From positions 288,001 to 352,000 of the forward strand of contig CBDDEL010000017.1 of NCBI GenBank assembly GCA_965226885.1: 64,000 bases of DNA, given 5' to 3'. Below the pieces are notes generated by a model, which made no database searches, was not told the origin of the DNA, and saw only the letters and a list, made by a program, of their open reading frames with translations. The translations under genes and the position numbers were made by a program. Below are positions 55,373-64,000 of the stretch, piece by piece. Position 1 is the first letter of the stretch. Every line of letters begins with the position of its first letter. Origin of the DNA: Opitutales bacterium (GTDB taxonomy: Bacteria; Verrucomicrobiota; Verrucomicrobiia; Opitutales; UBA2987).

Positions 55373-55692
55373 GTAATTTGCTCTCAAAGAAGACCTTTAT
55401 ACTAATTTTTAATGATATAACCTGTTTAAAATCAACATATTAAAATTTTGACTAAAAAAGAAAATCCAACCCAATTGCATATCCCAAATTAATTTCGTTT
55501 TTGGAATCAATGGGCCGATATTTTCTTTTCGTTAATTTTTTCAACCCAAAAGTCACTCTGGAGTGACTCCCCCCATAATTCGGTTTAACCTCTAAAACCT
55601 TGAGATCGCTCATTAACCTGTAAATATCTTCACCGCAACCATCCCCTGTGAATAGGGCTCGTCATGCTGTCCCATGGGGCGCGGCGCCAAGG

Positions 55693-56256
55693 CTAATACA
55701 TAGCCTGGTTGTTTGTCTTATAATCTTTCAGGACGGCCCGAGCCTCATCCAGAAGAACACCCTGAACGACCTCGATTTTACGGTTCTCCAATTCTTCCAC
55801 CCAATTAACCGGCTTGGGGCCCTCATCAAAACCAATTTCCTCGGCCGCGCTGGCCGGGGCTCCACAGACCAATCTTCGCAATCCGGCCCAGGGTATAGCT
55901 CCAAAGCATTGGGCGCAGGGCTCGGAACTGGAAACCAATTCATAATTACCAGAGCCTGCGGAACTAAAATCATAGGTCTTCAACATTTTTTGGGCAACCA
56001 TGATGGCCATCATTTCGGCATGCGCCACTGAACAGGAACAGGGCACCACCAGATTCACACCGGGGGCCAGCAATTGCCCGGTCTCCATCTCGAAAATGGC
56101 TGCCCCGAATGGCCCCCCTCCTCTTTTCGAGTTTTCCTTGGCTAGGTGGATAACCAGACTCATTTTCTGCTCCGAAGTCCGGAAATCACTGTTTCTGCCG
56201 GAAAAAACTCCATTCACCCAGGCGGGCAATTCAAGCGAGACAATTGGAAATTTCAT
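55693..56256 (-). CDS. nucleoside/nucleobase deaminase (CDA superfamily)
   Basis: GGPFGA, AHAE, EPCAQC and GFDEG motifs. Confidence 0.9.
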   Translation of the reverse strand: MKFPIVSLELPAWVNGVFSGRNSDFRTSEQKMSLVIHLAKENSKRGGGPFGAAIFEMETGQLLAPGVNLVVPCSCSVAHAEMMAIMVAQKMLKTYDFSSAGSGNYELVSSSEPCAQCFGAIPWAGLRRLVCGAPASAAEEIGFDEGPKPVNWVEELENRKIEVVQGVLLDEARAVLKDYKTNNQAMY

Positions 56257-56485
56257 TTTATTGAATTAATAAAAAGCGGCAGGCTAATAATAAATCCGCG
56301 CCCCTTCAATATTTTAAAATAAGGGCACAGGCGGCTGTATCGAATCCTGATTCCTGCATCTTTAATCCACGATAACCTGATAGACCATGACCCACAGTTT
56401 CGCATAAACATCCAACTGCATGTTGGCTGGACCAAGGATAATAGCAAGATTTGCGTCTACTATAAATAAGCCTTCCGCCTGAAAA

Positions 56486-57151
56486 TCAGTCGGTAGAATC
56501 CTTATCCGGTTCTTCCTCTTCCCTGCCGTGAACGATCCATTTTTGCAGGGTCATGGCCTCTTCCCGTGTAAGATCGACTTCCCTCTCCCAGCCCCTTTCG
56601 ACGGCGCCCTTCAAACCAATCAGGCCGAAGTGGTCGATGTTGCGGAATTCATACACCCGAAATGTCCGGTAAGGATAATTCCTCGAATCCATGTCTCCAA
56701 TATCGCGATCCTCCAACATTGTTTTGAAGCGTTCCACCTGCTTTTCACCAATTTTCAGAGCCCGCGGGAAATTGGCGCTGGCTTTGACCAGGAAAACTTT
56801 TGCCGCCTCCTTCTTTTTCTTGTCCCAAACCACCAAGTCGAGTGTCCCGGCCTTTTTTCCGTCCAAATCCAGGAAATCGATGCCGTTCAATATTTCAAAA
56901 TCCTGCCTCATGAACTCCTCCCCCAGCTCGATCAATGCAACCGCGGAGAAAACATTACCCATTTTACCGAAGTCGAATTTAAGGTCGCGAATTTTTTCAT
57001 AAAATTCATCCAACAACTCATCCCGGTTTGAAGGCTCGGTTTCCTCCTCGGTCGAAGCGCCGGCATCTTCAATCCCGGTCTCCTGCGCCATGCCCGATAT
57101 CGGGATGAACAGAAGAAACGCTAACAAAAACTTTGGGAAAAGAGTTCTCAT
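56486..57151 (-). CDS. hypothetical exported protein
   Basis: Signal peptide MRTLFPKFLLAFLLFIPISGMA; 221 aa. Confidence 0.7.
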   Translation of the reverse strand: MRTLFPKFLLAFLLFIPISGMAQETGIEDAGASTEEETEPSNRDELLDEFYEKIRDLKFDFGKMGNVFSAVALIELGEEFMRQDFEILNGIDFLDLDGKKAGTLDLVVWDKKKKEAAKVFLVKASANFPRALKIGEKQVERFKTMLEDRDIGDMDSRNYPYRTFRVYEFRNIDHFGLIGLKGAVERGWEREVDLTREEAMTLQKWIVHGREEEEPDKDSTD

Positions 57152-57287
57152 GGGAATATTTACCAGCTACCACAAAGCTGTAGCCTTGGTTAAATAATCG
57201 ACCGCGATAAAAACCTGTTGTTGCGAAGGGTTCAATAGCTATTATTTTCCATGCCATGCCAAATTATTCCAAAAAATTCCTTCTGTC

Positions 57288-59858
57288 ATGAACGAAAGTG
57301 TGCCTGTTCCTCCATCCGAACATTTTACACCACTCGACCTGAACGATGTGGCCAATGCGCGGCGAGACCAATTGCCAAGTGATCTAAGAGCGCCCGATTA
57401 TCTTTTGCAAACGGATGGACGGGCTGGGTTCCGGGGCATTCCCTTCTGTTGGGGAAACCCGGATGAACCCAATGCCGTGCTGCTCGACAAGAATGAAATC
57501 CTGCTGCCTCTGCACGGAATCCGAGCCCACTACCTGGTTTTTCTACACCTGGTCGAGAATCGAGTGTCGGTTTTCGCCAAAAATTTTGCCGACGATGTGC
57601 TTGGCGGTTATGACATAGGCGACCTCATCTCCGATTATATTTTGGAGTATGCCGATGACCAATTGCACACCCATCCCATCCGCCGTCGTTTCGCCATCCA
57701 GCAATCCGAAATACGGTGGGGAGCCCACCCCTTCGCCGCCGTGCCCGGCAAAAGTAATCAAGTTTACCGCTCAAACGATGAAGACATAGAACTTGGACTC
57801 GTTCCAAGAACCTGGGGCCGTGGTGAATGCCGCACCGCTTCGGGGAGTACCAAAAGCCCGGAAAAATTTTGGGTTTATGCTTTGCCCAATCCTCACCCTG
57901 AGAAAGAAATAAAATCACTGAGGCTGGTCCCCAGAGAGGAACGATCCGTTATATTTGGCATTTCCGCTGCCCATCTGCTCAAGCATCCCCTGCGTTTTGA
58001 GCCACGCCGAAAACTTGTCCTCGATCTTCCCTGTGGGTTGAAGCTGAACGCCATTGGCGAACTCGACGATATCGGTATCGATATGGGGAACGTGATTTCC
58101 GCCCGGCGGCAATTTGTCTATCCACACGATCAATGGAACGAACATGAAGTGGACGTGCAACCAAGCCTGGCAGAAAACAAAATCGTGGTCGAATACGCCG
58201 CCCACCCCAAAGCAAAACTCTATGTCGGGCTTGAGGCGGGAAATCCCAAGGTTTACGATCTTGGACAGTTCAATGATGATTCTATTCTGGAGATCGAGCC
58301 AGCCTGGCGGCCGGTCAAAATTAAAGTCATAGACAAGACTACCCGGCAACCGGTTGCCGTGCGTTTACATATTCACGGACAAGCCGGAGAATACCTGCCG
58401 CCCCGCGGGCATCACCGCAAAGTAAATCCGGGGTGGTTTCAGGACCGTTTCGCGGAGTTCATCAATCAGAATAACCAATACGCCTATATAGACGGCGCCT
58501 GCGTGACGGACCTGCCGCTGGGCACGGTTTACATCGAAATCACCCGCGGTTACGAGGTGAGCCCTATCCGGAGCAAGTTCGAAGTAACACCGGAAACCGA
58601 AGTCGTCGAATTCGAGCTGGAGCGCGTGCTGGATTGGCACAACCAAGGCTGGGTGACGGCCGATACCCATGTGCATTTTCTAAATCCCATAACAGCGCAA
58701 CTGGAAGGTTCGGCCGAGGACGTCAACGTGGTCAATCTCCTGGCCAGCCAATGGGGCGAGATGTTTTCCAACGTAGGGGATTTTGACGGGAAAAGCACCT
58801 ATGGTTCGATTGAGAGCGGGTCGTCCGGGGAATTTCTCGTGCGGGTGGGCTCGGAGAACCGGATGCAGGTTCTGGGGCACATCTCGCTCCTCGGTTATTC
58901 GGGTGAGTTGATTCATCCATTATGCAGTGGCGGTCCTACCGAATCGGCCTTGGGAGACGCCCAGGAAGTGACCATGGCGGAATGGGCTCAAAAATGCCTC
59001 GACCAGGGAGGACTCGTGGTCATGCCCCACGCTCCCGACCCCCAGGGCGAACGCGCCGCCGATATCGTTTTGGGGTTGGTTAACGCCGTTGAGATGATGA
59101 CCTTTACGCCTTACGATATCCAAATCAGGCCATATGGAATAGCGGACTGGTACCGCTACCTCAATCTCGGCTACCACCTGCCGGTGGTGGGAGGGAGCGA
59201 CAAAATGAGCGCCGCCTCACTACTCGGCGGAGTGAGAACTTACACCCACCTCGGTGAGCGCGCTTTTACCTACGAAAACTGGATGGAGGCGGTGCGGGCC
59301 GGCAACACCTTTGTCACCGTGGGGCCTCTGGTGGAATTAAAGGTCGAGGGAAGATCACCGGGCGAGCGTATTAAACTCCCGCCCAGCGGGGGGACGATTA
59401 ACGTATCCTGGTTGGTCGAGTCGGTGCGCCTGCCCCTTGAGGAAGTGGAGGTGATTGAGGGCGGCCTGGTGCGCCATCAGCAAACCGGAAGCGGTGGACT
59501 GCAATTAAGCGGCAGCGTGGAATTGAAGATCGAGGAATCGACCTGGGTGGCTTTGCGGGTGCGGGGAAGCTATCAAAACAAACCTGGAGATGTCGCCGCC
59601 CACAGCAGCGCGGTGCAAGTTTTAGTTGGCGAAAAACCGATTTATTCCCCCAAGGACGCCAACGAAGTACTCCGCCAGATCGAGGGGGCGATGGCTTATA
59701 TCGATACCATCGCCACCCGTCCGGAGGCGGACCGCTATCGGCGGGTGCGGGCCTCCCTAGAGGCAGCCCATAACCGTTTGCACCAAAAAATGCACCAGCG
59801 GGGCATCTTTCATAAACACTCGACCGTGCACGACCATACCGAGCACCATGAGCATTGA
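57288..59858 (+). CDS. CehA/McbA-like PHP-fold metallohydrolase
   Basis: ADTHVH, GSENR...LGHI, MPH, WYRYLNLG..LPVVGGSD and GNTFVTVGP motifs; His-rich tail. Confidence 0.8.
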   Translation: MNESVPVPPSEHFTPLDLNDVANARRDQLPSDLRAPDYLLQTDGRAGFRGIPFCWGNPDEPNAVLLDKNEILLPLHGIRAHYLVFLHLVENRVSVFAKNFADDVLGGYDIGDLISDYILEYADDQLHTHPIRRRFAIQQSEIRWGAHPFAAVPGKSNQVYRSNDEDIELGLVPRTWGRGECRTASGSTKSPEKFWVYALPNPHPEKEIKSLRLVPREERSVIFGISAAHLLKHPLRFEPRRKLVLDLPCGLKLNAIGELDDIGIDMGNVISARRQFVYPHDQWNEHEVDVQPSLAENKIVVEYAAHPKAKLYVGLEAGNPKVYDLGQFNDDSILEIEPAWRPVKIKVIDKTTRQPVAVRLHIHGQAGEYLPPRGHHRKVNPGWFQDRFAEFINQNNQYAYIDGACVTDLPLGTVYIEITRGYEVSPIRSKFEVTPETEVVEFELERVLDWHNQGWVTADTHVHFLNPITAQLEGSAEDVNVVNLLASQWGEMFSNVGDFDGKSTYGSIESGSSGEFLVRVGSENRMQVLGHISLLGYSGELIHPLCSGGPTESALGDAQEVTMAEWAQKCLDQGGLVVMPHAPDPQGERAADIVLGLVNAVEMMTFTPYDIQIRPYGIADWYRYLNLGYHLPVVGGSDKMSAASLLGGVRTYTHLGERAFTYENWMEAVRAGNTFVTVGPLVELKVEGRSPGERIKLPPSGGTINVSWLVESVRLPLEEVEVIEGGLVRHQQTGSGGLQLSGSVELKIEESTWVALRVRGSYQNKPGDVAAHSSAVQVLVGEKPIYSPKDANEVLRQIEGAMAYIDTIATRPEADRYRRVRASLEAAHNRLHQKMHQRGIFHKHSTVHDHTEHHEH

Positions 59859-60070
59859 ATCACCCAATTAAAAACTCATTGACACGTTATTTGAGCCTTG
59901 TCATAAATATGAAAAAAAACCCTTACTTTTAAGGGCTAACTCAAAGCCGATTGGAGGATAAAAAAATGGGTAGATTGCTGGCGTTGGTGTATGGTTTGGT
60001 TTCTTACGTTATTTTTCTCATAGCGTTTCTTGGCGCAATCGGCTTTGTTTGGAATTTTCTCATTCCTAAA

Positions 60071-60100
60071 GGCATTGATGGCGGCGGCATTGATGGCGGC
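60071..60100. repeat. 15-bp tandem duplication in mddA (in frame)
   Basis: ggcattgatggcggc x2. Confidence 0.9.
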
Positions 60101-60222
60101 ACAGCGGAACCTTTTATGATTTCCCTGTTGATCAACCTGGCCATTCTGGGCTTATTCGCCGTCCAGCACAGTGTCATGGCAAGGCCGGGCTTTAAAGAGA
60201 AATGGACAAAAATAGTGCCTAA

Positions 60223-61789
60223 CCCGGATATTTCGTAAAAAAAGTATCGTTGATATGCTTAACTGCTGATATACAGCAGGATAGATCAATAATTAAAGCA
60301 ATATCAGCGATGACAAAAGGTAAACAATTAAAGCTACAGTTGACAAGGGTAAAAGGCCGCCGTGTGCGGGTTGATTTCAAGGGCGGAGAGGTTACTTCGG
60401 ATGCCGGACTGCTTTTGATCCGGGAAGTGGATCGGCAGTTGGGCTTGACCGAACGAGCGGCCCGACAGTTAGTGGACAAACGGCAGAAGGGCAAAGTACG
60501 CCATTAGGTATTGGGGATGCTGCGGCAGCGCGTTTACGGGCTGGTGGCGGGCTATGAGGATTTGAACGACTTTGATACCCTGCGCCACGATCCATTGTTG
60601 CAAACGGTAACGGGGCGCATTGAAACGTTGGCCAGCGCGCCGACTTTGTGTCGTTTTGAAAACGGGCAGGATCGGCGGGCGGCCTTTGCGGTAAACGAGC
60701 TGTTGGTCGAACAGTTCATGGGCTCCTTTGCCGAGGAACCCGAAGAGATCATCCTGGACTTTGACGGCACCGACAATCCGGTGCACGGGCTCCAGGAGGG
60801 ACGTTTTTTCCACGGTTATTATGATCATTACTGTTTTCTGCCGCTATATGTTTTTTGCGGTGATCAGCTGCTGGTGGCCTACCTGCGGCCGAGCAAGATC
60901 GATGCCAGCAAGCATGCCGGGGCCATCCTCAAATTGCTGGTTAAACGGATTCGCCAAAGCTGGCCCCGTACGCGGATTATTTGGCGCGCCGACAGTGGAT
61001 TTTGTCGAGACCGGATACTCTCTTGGTGCGACCGCAACGAAGTTAGTTACATCGTGGGGATGGCTCGCAATGCACGCTTGCAGCAAGACGCCCAGCAGTT
61101 GCAAAAGCAGGCCAAAGAATGGTTCGAACTAAGGGGTAAAAAACAACGGTTATTCCAGGACTTCGTCTATGCTGCCGATTCGTGGCGATGGCTGCGGTTG
61201 GTCATCCATAAAGCCGAACACACCGCACAGGGGTCCAACCCGCGCTTCGTGGTGACGAACCTGCCGGGCGATCCCCAGGAGCTTTACGACAAGGTATACT
61301 GTGGCCGCGGTGAAATGGAGAACCGAATCAAGGAACAGATGCAATTGTTCAGCGAGCGCACCAGCGCCCATCAATGGTGGGCCAATCAGTGGCGATTGCT
61401 CTTGTCGGCGCTGGCCTACACCTTGATGGAAGCCATGCGCCGGTTAGCCTTAAAAGGGACGAAGTGGCCGCGGGCCCAATGGCACACCCTGCGGCTCAAA
61501 TTAATCAAGATCGGAGCGGTCATCGTGCGCAACACCCGAACGATTCACTTTCACCTAAGTGAGAGTTATCCTTGGGCCAGTCTTTTCAACCATGCGGCCC
61601 GCCGATTGGTGCCAACCTAAAGGGTGCATTGGTGCTGCCCCCGGCACTACCGAACCAATGGGGGAAAGGGGGCAGTGTCTCTACACCCTGAAAAACACCT
61701 AAAAATCAAGACGATCTGCTCAAAATACAAAGAAATCCATCTCCAATAGCAATAACGAGCCAAACTTTACCCTTCATGAAATATCCGGG
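60223..61789 (+). mobile_element. IS1380-family copy F (1567 bp; transposase has GAG>TAG at 60505-60507)
   Basis: IRs plus TSD ctaa; sister copies read catgaggta here. Confidence 0.95.
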
Positions 61790-61952
61790 CTAAACCGGTT
61801 GAAAGAAGCACTTTTGTTCTCCTCACAAGCCTCATACTGTTACTGCTTTACTGGCAATGGAGACCAATGCCTGAGCCGATATGGAATGTGGAGAATACCA
61901 TCGGAGCCAATTGTTTATGGATACTCTCGGCTTTGGGATTTCTACTGGTCTT

Positions 61953-61970
61953 GCTGGCCACGCTGGCCAC
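61953..61970. repeat. 9-bp tandem duplication in mddA (in frame)
   Basis: gctggccac x2, giving LAT-LAT. Confidence 0.75.
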
Positions 61971-62340
61971 CTTTGCCATCAACCACTTCGACCTGTTTGG
62001 TCTTAGACAGGTTTTCCTTTATTTTAAGGGAAAGGATTATACCGAGGTGAAATTCAAGACCTCATTATTTTACAAGTTCATAAGGCACCCTATTATGTTA
62101 GGATTTCTCATCGCGTTTTGGGCCACTCCGCAAATGTCTGTTGGGCATCTGATTTTCGCCATCGGGACGACGGGTTACATATTTATCGGCATATTCTTCG
62201 AAGAGCGCGACCTGCTAAATCACTTGGGTGAAAATTACCGCGACTATCGCAAGCGGACATCGATGATTTTTCCCTTCCCAGGCAAAAAATAAACTATTGC
62301 GATTTATCGCAAGGATGGGGAATCATCCACGTCCAATAAC

Positions 62341-62369
62341 AAAGACCGGGTTCTGCGAATCCGGTCTTT
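62341..62369. terminator. hairpin downstream of mddA
   Basis: aaagaccgggttc-tgc-gaatccggtcttt. Confidence 0.6.
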
Positions 62370-62451
62370 ACAAATTTTCAGACAGATTCTAATAGATCGG
62401 TATTTGGCCGTTTAGGCTTTCAATTTTTAAAAACACACACTGCAGATAAAA

Positions 62452-63603
62452 ATGCGATTTTCCACTAGAGCCATTCATGTCGGGCAGGAAGCTGAAGAAG
62501 TGACCGGAGCTACCATCCCGCCCATTTTCCTCACCTCGACCTACAACCAGGAAGCTCCCAATGTGCACAAGGGCTACGATTACTCGCGGGCCATCAACCC
62601 CACGCGCAACAACCTAGAGGCCTGCCTGGCCTCGCTCGAAGGCGGGAAAGCCGGTGCCGCATTCTCCTCCGGCCTGGCCGCCACCACTGCCGTTTTCCAG
62701 ACCCTGAGGCCGGGAGACGGGGTCGTTGCCGGGCACGATCTCTACGGCGGCACTTTTCGCCTGCTGGAGAAGCATTTTGTGCCTTGGGGCCTGCAAGTCG
62801 TCTATGCGGAAGGGGAAAGCCTGGCTGATTTTGAAAAGGCCATCGGGAAGCTTTCCCGTCCCCGCATGATGTGGCTGGAAACCCCCACCAATCCTCTGCT
62901 CAACATCAGCGACCTGCCGGAACTATGCAACCTAGCTAAAAAACACGACACGGCGGTGGCGGTGGACAACACCTTCGCCACGCCCTACCTGCAACGGCCG
63001 ATCGCGCTCGGGGCTGACATCGTGGTCCACAGCACCACCAAATACCTGGGCGGTCATTCGGACATCATCGGCGGGGCCGTCATCACCCGCACCGCCGGGC
63101 AGATGGAGCCCATCCGCTTTCTCCAATTCGCAGCTGGAGCCGTCCCCGGCCCCTTTGACTGCTACCTCGTGCAAAGGGGCATCAAAACACTCGCCCTTCG
63201 CATGGAAAAACACTGCTCAAACGCCCAAATAATCGCCGAAAAGCTCCTCAAATATCCACAAATTGAAGAAGTCCTCTACCCCGGACTGCCCTCCCACCCC
63301 GGGCACGACCTGGCAAAAGAGCTAATGAGCGGGTTCGGCGGCATCGTCTCCTTTCGATTAAACGGTGACCTCGAGAAAACCAAACGCTTCTGCTCCAGCC
63401 TGAAAGTCTTTTCCCTGGCCGAAAGCCTCGGCGGCGTCGAATCCCTCTGCAACCACCCCGCCCTCATGACCCACGCCAGCATCCCCAAAGAAATCCGCGA
63501 ACTGCGCGGCGTAGGAGACAACCTCATCCGCCTCAGCGTAGGAATCGAAGACGTCCAAGACCTCCTCCAAGACATCGAGCAAGCCCTGACCAACATCAGT
63601 TGA
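62452..63603 (+). CDS. cystathionine gamma-synthase/gamma-lyase family PLP enzyme
   Basis: YSRAINPTR, YGGT, ETPTNP, VDNTF, STTKYLGGHSD and SLGGVESL motifs. Confidence 0.92.
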   Translation: MRFSTRAIHVGQEAEEVTGATIPPIFLTSTYNQEAPNVHKGYDYSRAINPTRNNLEACLASLEGGKAGAAFSSGLAATTAVFQTLRPGDGVVAGHDLYGGTFRLLEKHFVPWGLQVVYAEGESLADFEKAIGKLSRPRMMWLETPTNPLLNISDLPELCNLAKKHDTAVAVDNTFATPYLQRPIALGADIVVHSTTKYLGGHSDIIGGAVITRTAGQMEPIRFLQFAAGAVPGPFDCYLVQRGIKTLALRMEKHCSNAQIIAEKLLKYPQIEEVLYPGLPSHPGHDLAKELMSGFGGIVSFRLNGDLEKTKRFCSSLKVFSLAESLGGVESLCNHPALMTHASIPKEIRELRGVGDNLIRLSVGIEDVQDLLQDIEQALTNIS

Positions 63604-63752
63604 ACACCACGCCGACGGCTACGCGGCCAATCCGGCTACACCTAGGCATGCAGTCCACATCAACGACGTATGGACCACCCTTGCCGTTGTGGTCATGGAA
63701 ATTTCAACATATCGATGAACCTCCCATATGTCCTCGTTAGACTTGTATTAAA

Positions 63753-64000
63753 TGAAATGGACGGGGAAAACTGGACAGTGGAATAAGGTGGTCTTGAACC
63801 ACTAAATCCGCTAACCTATGAATGTTATTAAATCACGAAAGAGAAGACAATACAGTGCTGAGTTTAAAGCCCGAGTGGCCCTGGAAGCCATCAGGGGCGC
63901 TCATACCATCAACGAGATCGCCGGTCGTTTTGAGGTGCATCCCAACCAGGTGACCCAATGGAAGAAGCAGCTTTTGCAGGGAGCAACGGAGCTGTTTTCG
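63753..64000 (+). mobile_element. IS3-family element type a, second copy, running off the window
   Basis: Matches the start of the 3702 element. Confidence 0.95.

Larger units (their letters stand above)
59966..62292 (+). pseudogene. mddA: methanethiol S-methyltransferase (MddA-like, ICMT family) interrupted by IS1380 copy F
   Basis: FAVQHSVMARPGFK, VERSTFVL, INHFDLFGLRQ, YKFIRHPIMLGF and EERDL motifs; 251-aa ORF once the IS is removed. Confidence 0.85.

Noticed and set aside
28783..60507. Genome-wide TAG reassignment (alternative code or pyrrolysine)
   Set aside because: Several genes end normally at TAG (PhyH 16411, dapB 25957, anti-sigma 26608, ISNCY transposase 32092), and the IS1380 TAG is a clear GAG mutation.
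61621..61689. HDV-like or other known ribozyme in the IS1380 3' end
   Set aside because: I could not fit the P3/L3/P1.1 or other catalytic consensus; kept only as an unassigned structured element.
1..64000. CRISPR array or cas genes
   Set aside because: No regularly spaced repeat-spacer pattern; long repeats are IS copies and short ones are two-copy tandem duplications.

Overview
Bacterial chromosome segment, probably Verrucomicrobiota/Opitutales (inferred from Opitutae-type C-terminal domains on exported proteins and the pilT-dapA-dapB-ruvA-ECF block), caught in an insertion-sequence burst. I count 17 IS copies or fragments of 7 types (IS3 x2 types, IS1 x2 types, IS21, IS1380, ISNCY-like), covering about 20 kb (~31%), and about a dozen genes broken by IS, nonsense codons, deletions or short duplications. 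Non-IS content: a phosphonate-catabolism-like operon (HpnZ-like ADH, class II aldolase, CbbY-like HAD, OPA-type MFS, PhnX-like HAD, PhoD, PhnA), a ferredoxin-class III cyclase, a sulfatase, uxaC (dead), PhyH dioxygenase, thrC (dead), a Y-family polymerase with a divergent small partner, pilT (dead), dapA, dapB, ruvA, an ECF sigma/anti-sigma pair, an M4 peptidase (dead), a ~2400-aa surface protein (split), a 5' half tRNA-Lys, a uxuA-like gene, korAB, a deaminase, a CehA/McbA-like hydrolase, mddA (dead) and a cystathionine gamma-lyase/synthase. Most notable: (i) at least 11 perfect 7-21 bp tandem duplications with almost no microhomology, two of which knock out pilT and one of which appears to rescue a frameshift; (ii) the aldolase-containing phosphonate operon; (iii) a tRNA cut at the anticodon loop; (iv) a pseudoknot-like element in the IS1380 3' end; (v) nested IS insertions at one hotspot. 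All family calls come from motif recognition only; no searches were run.
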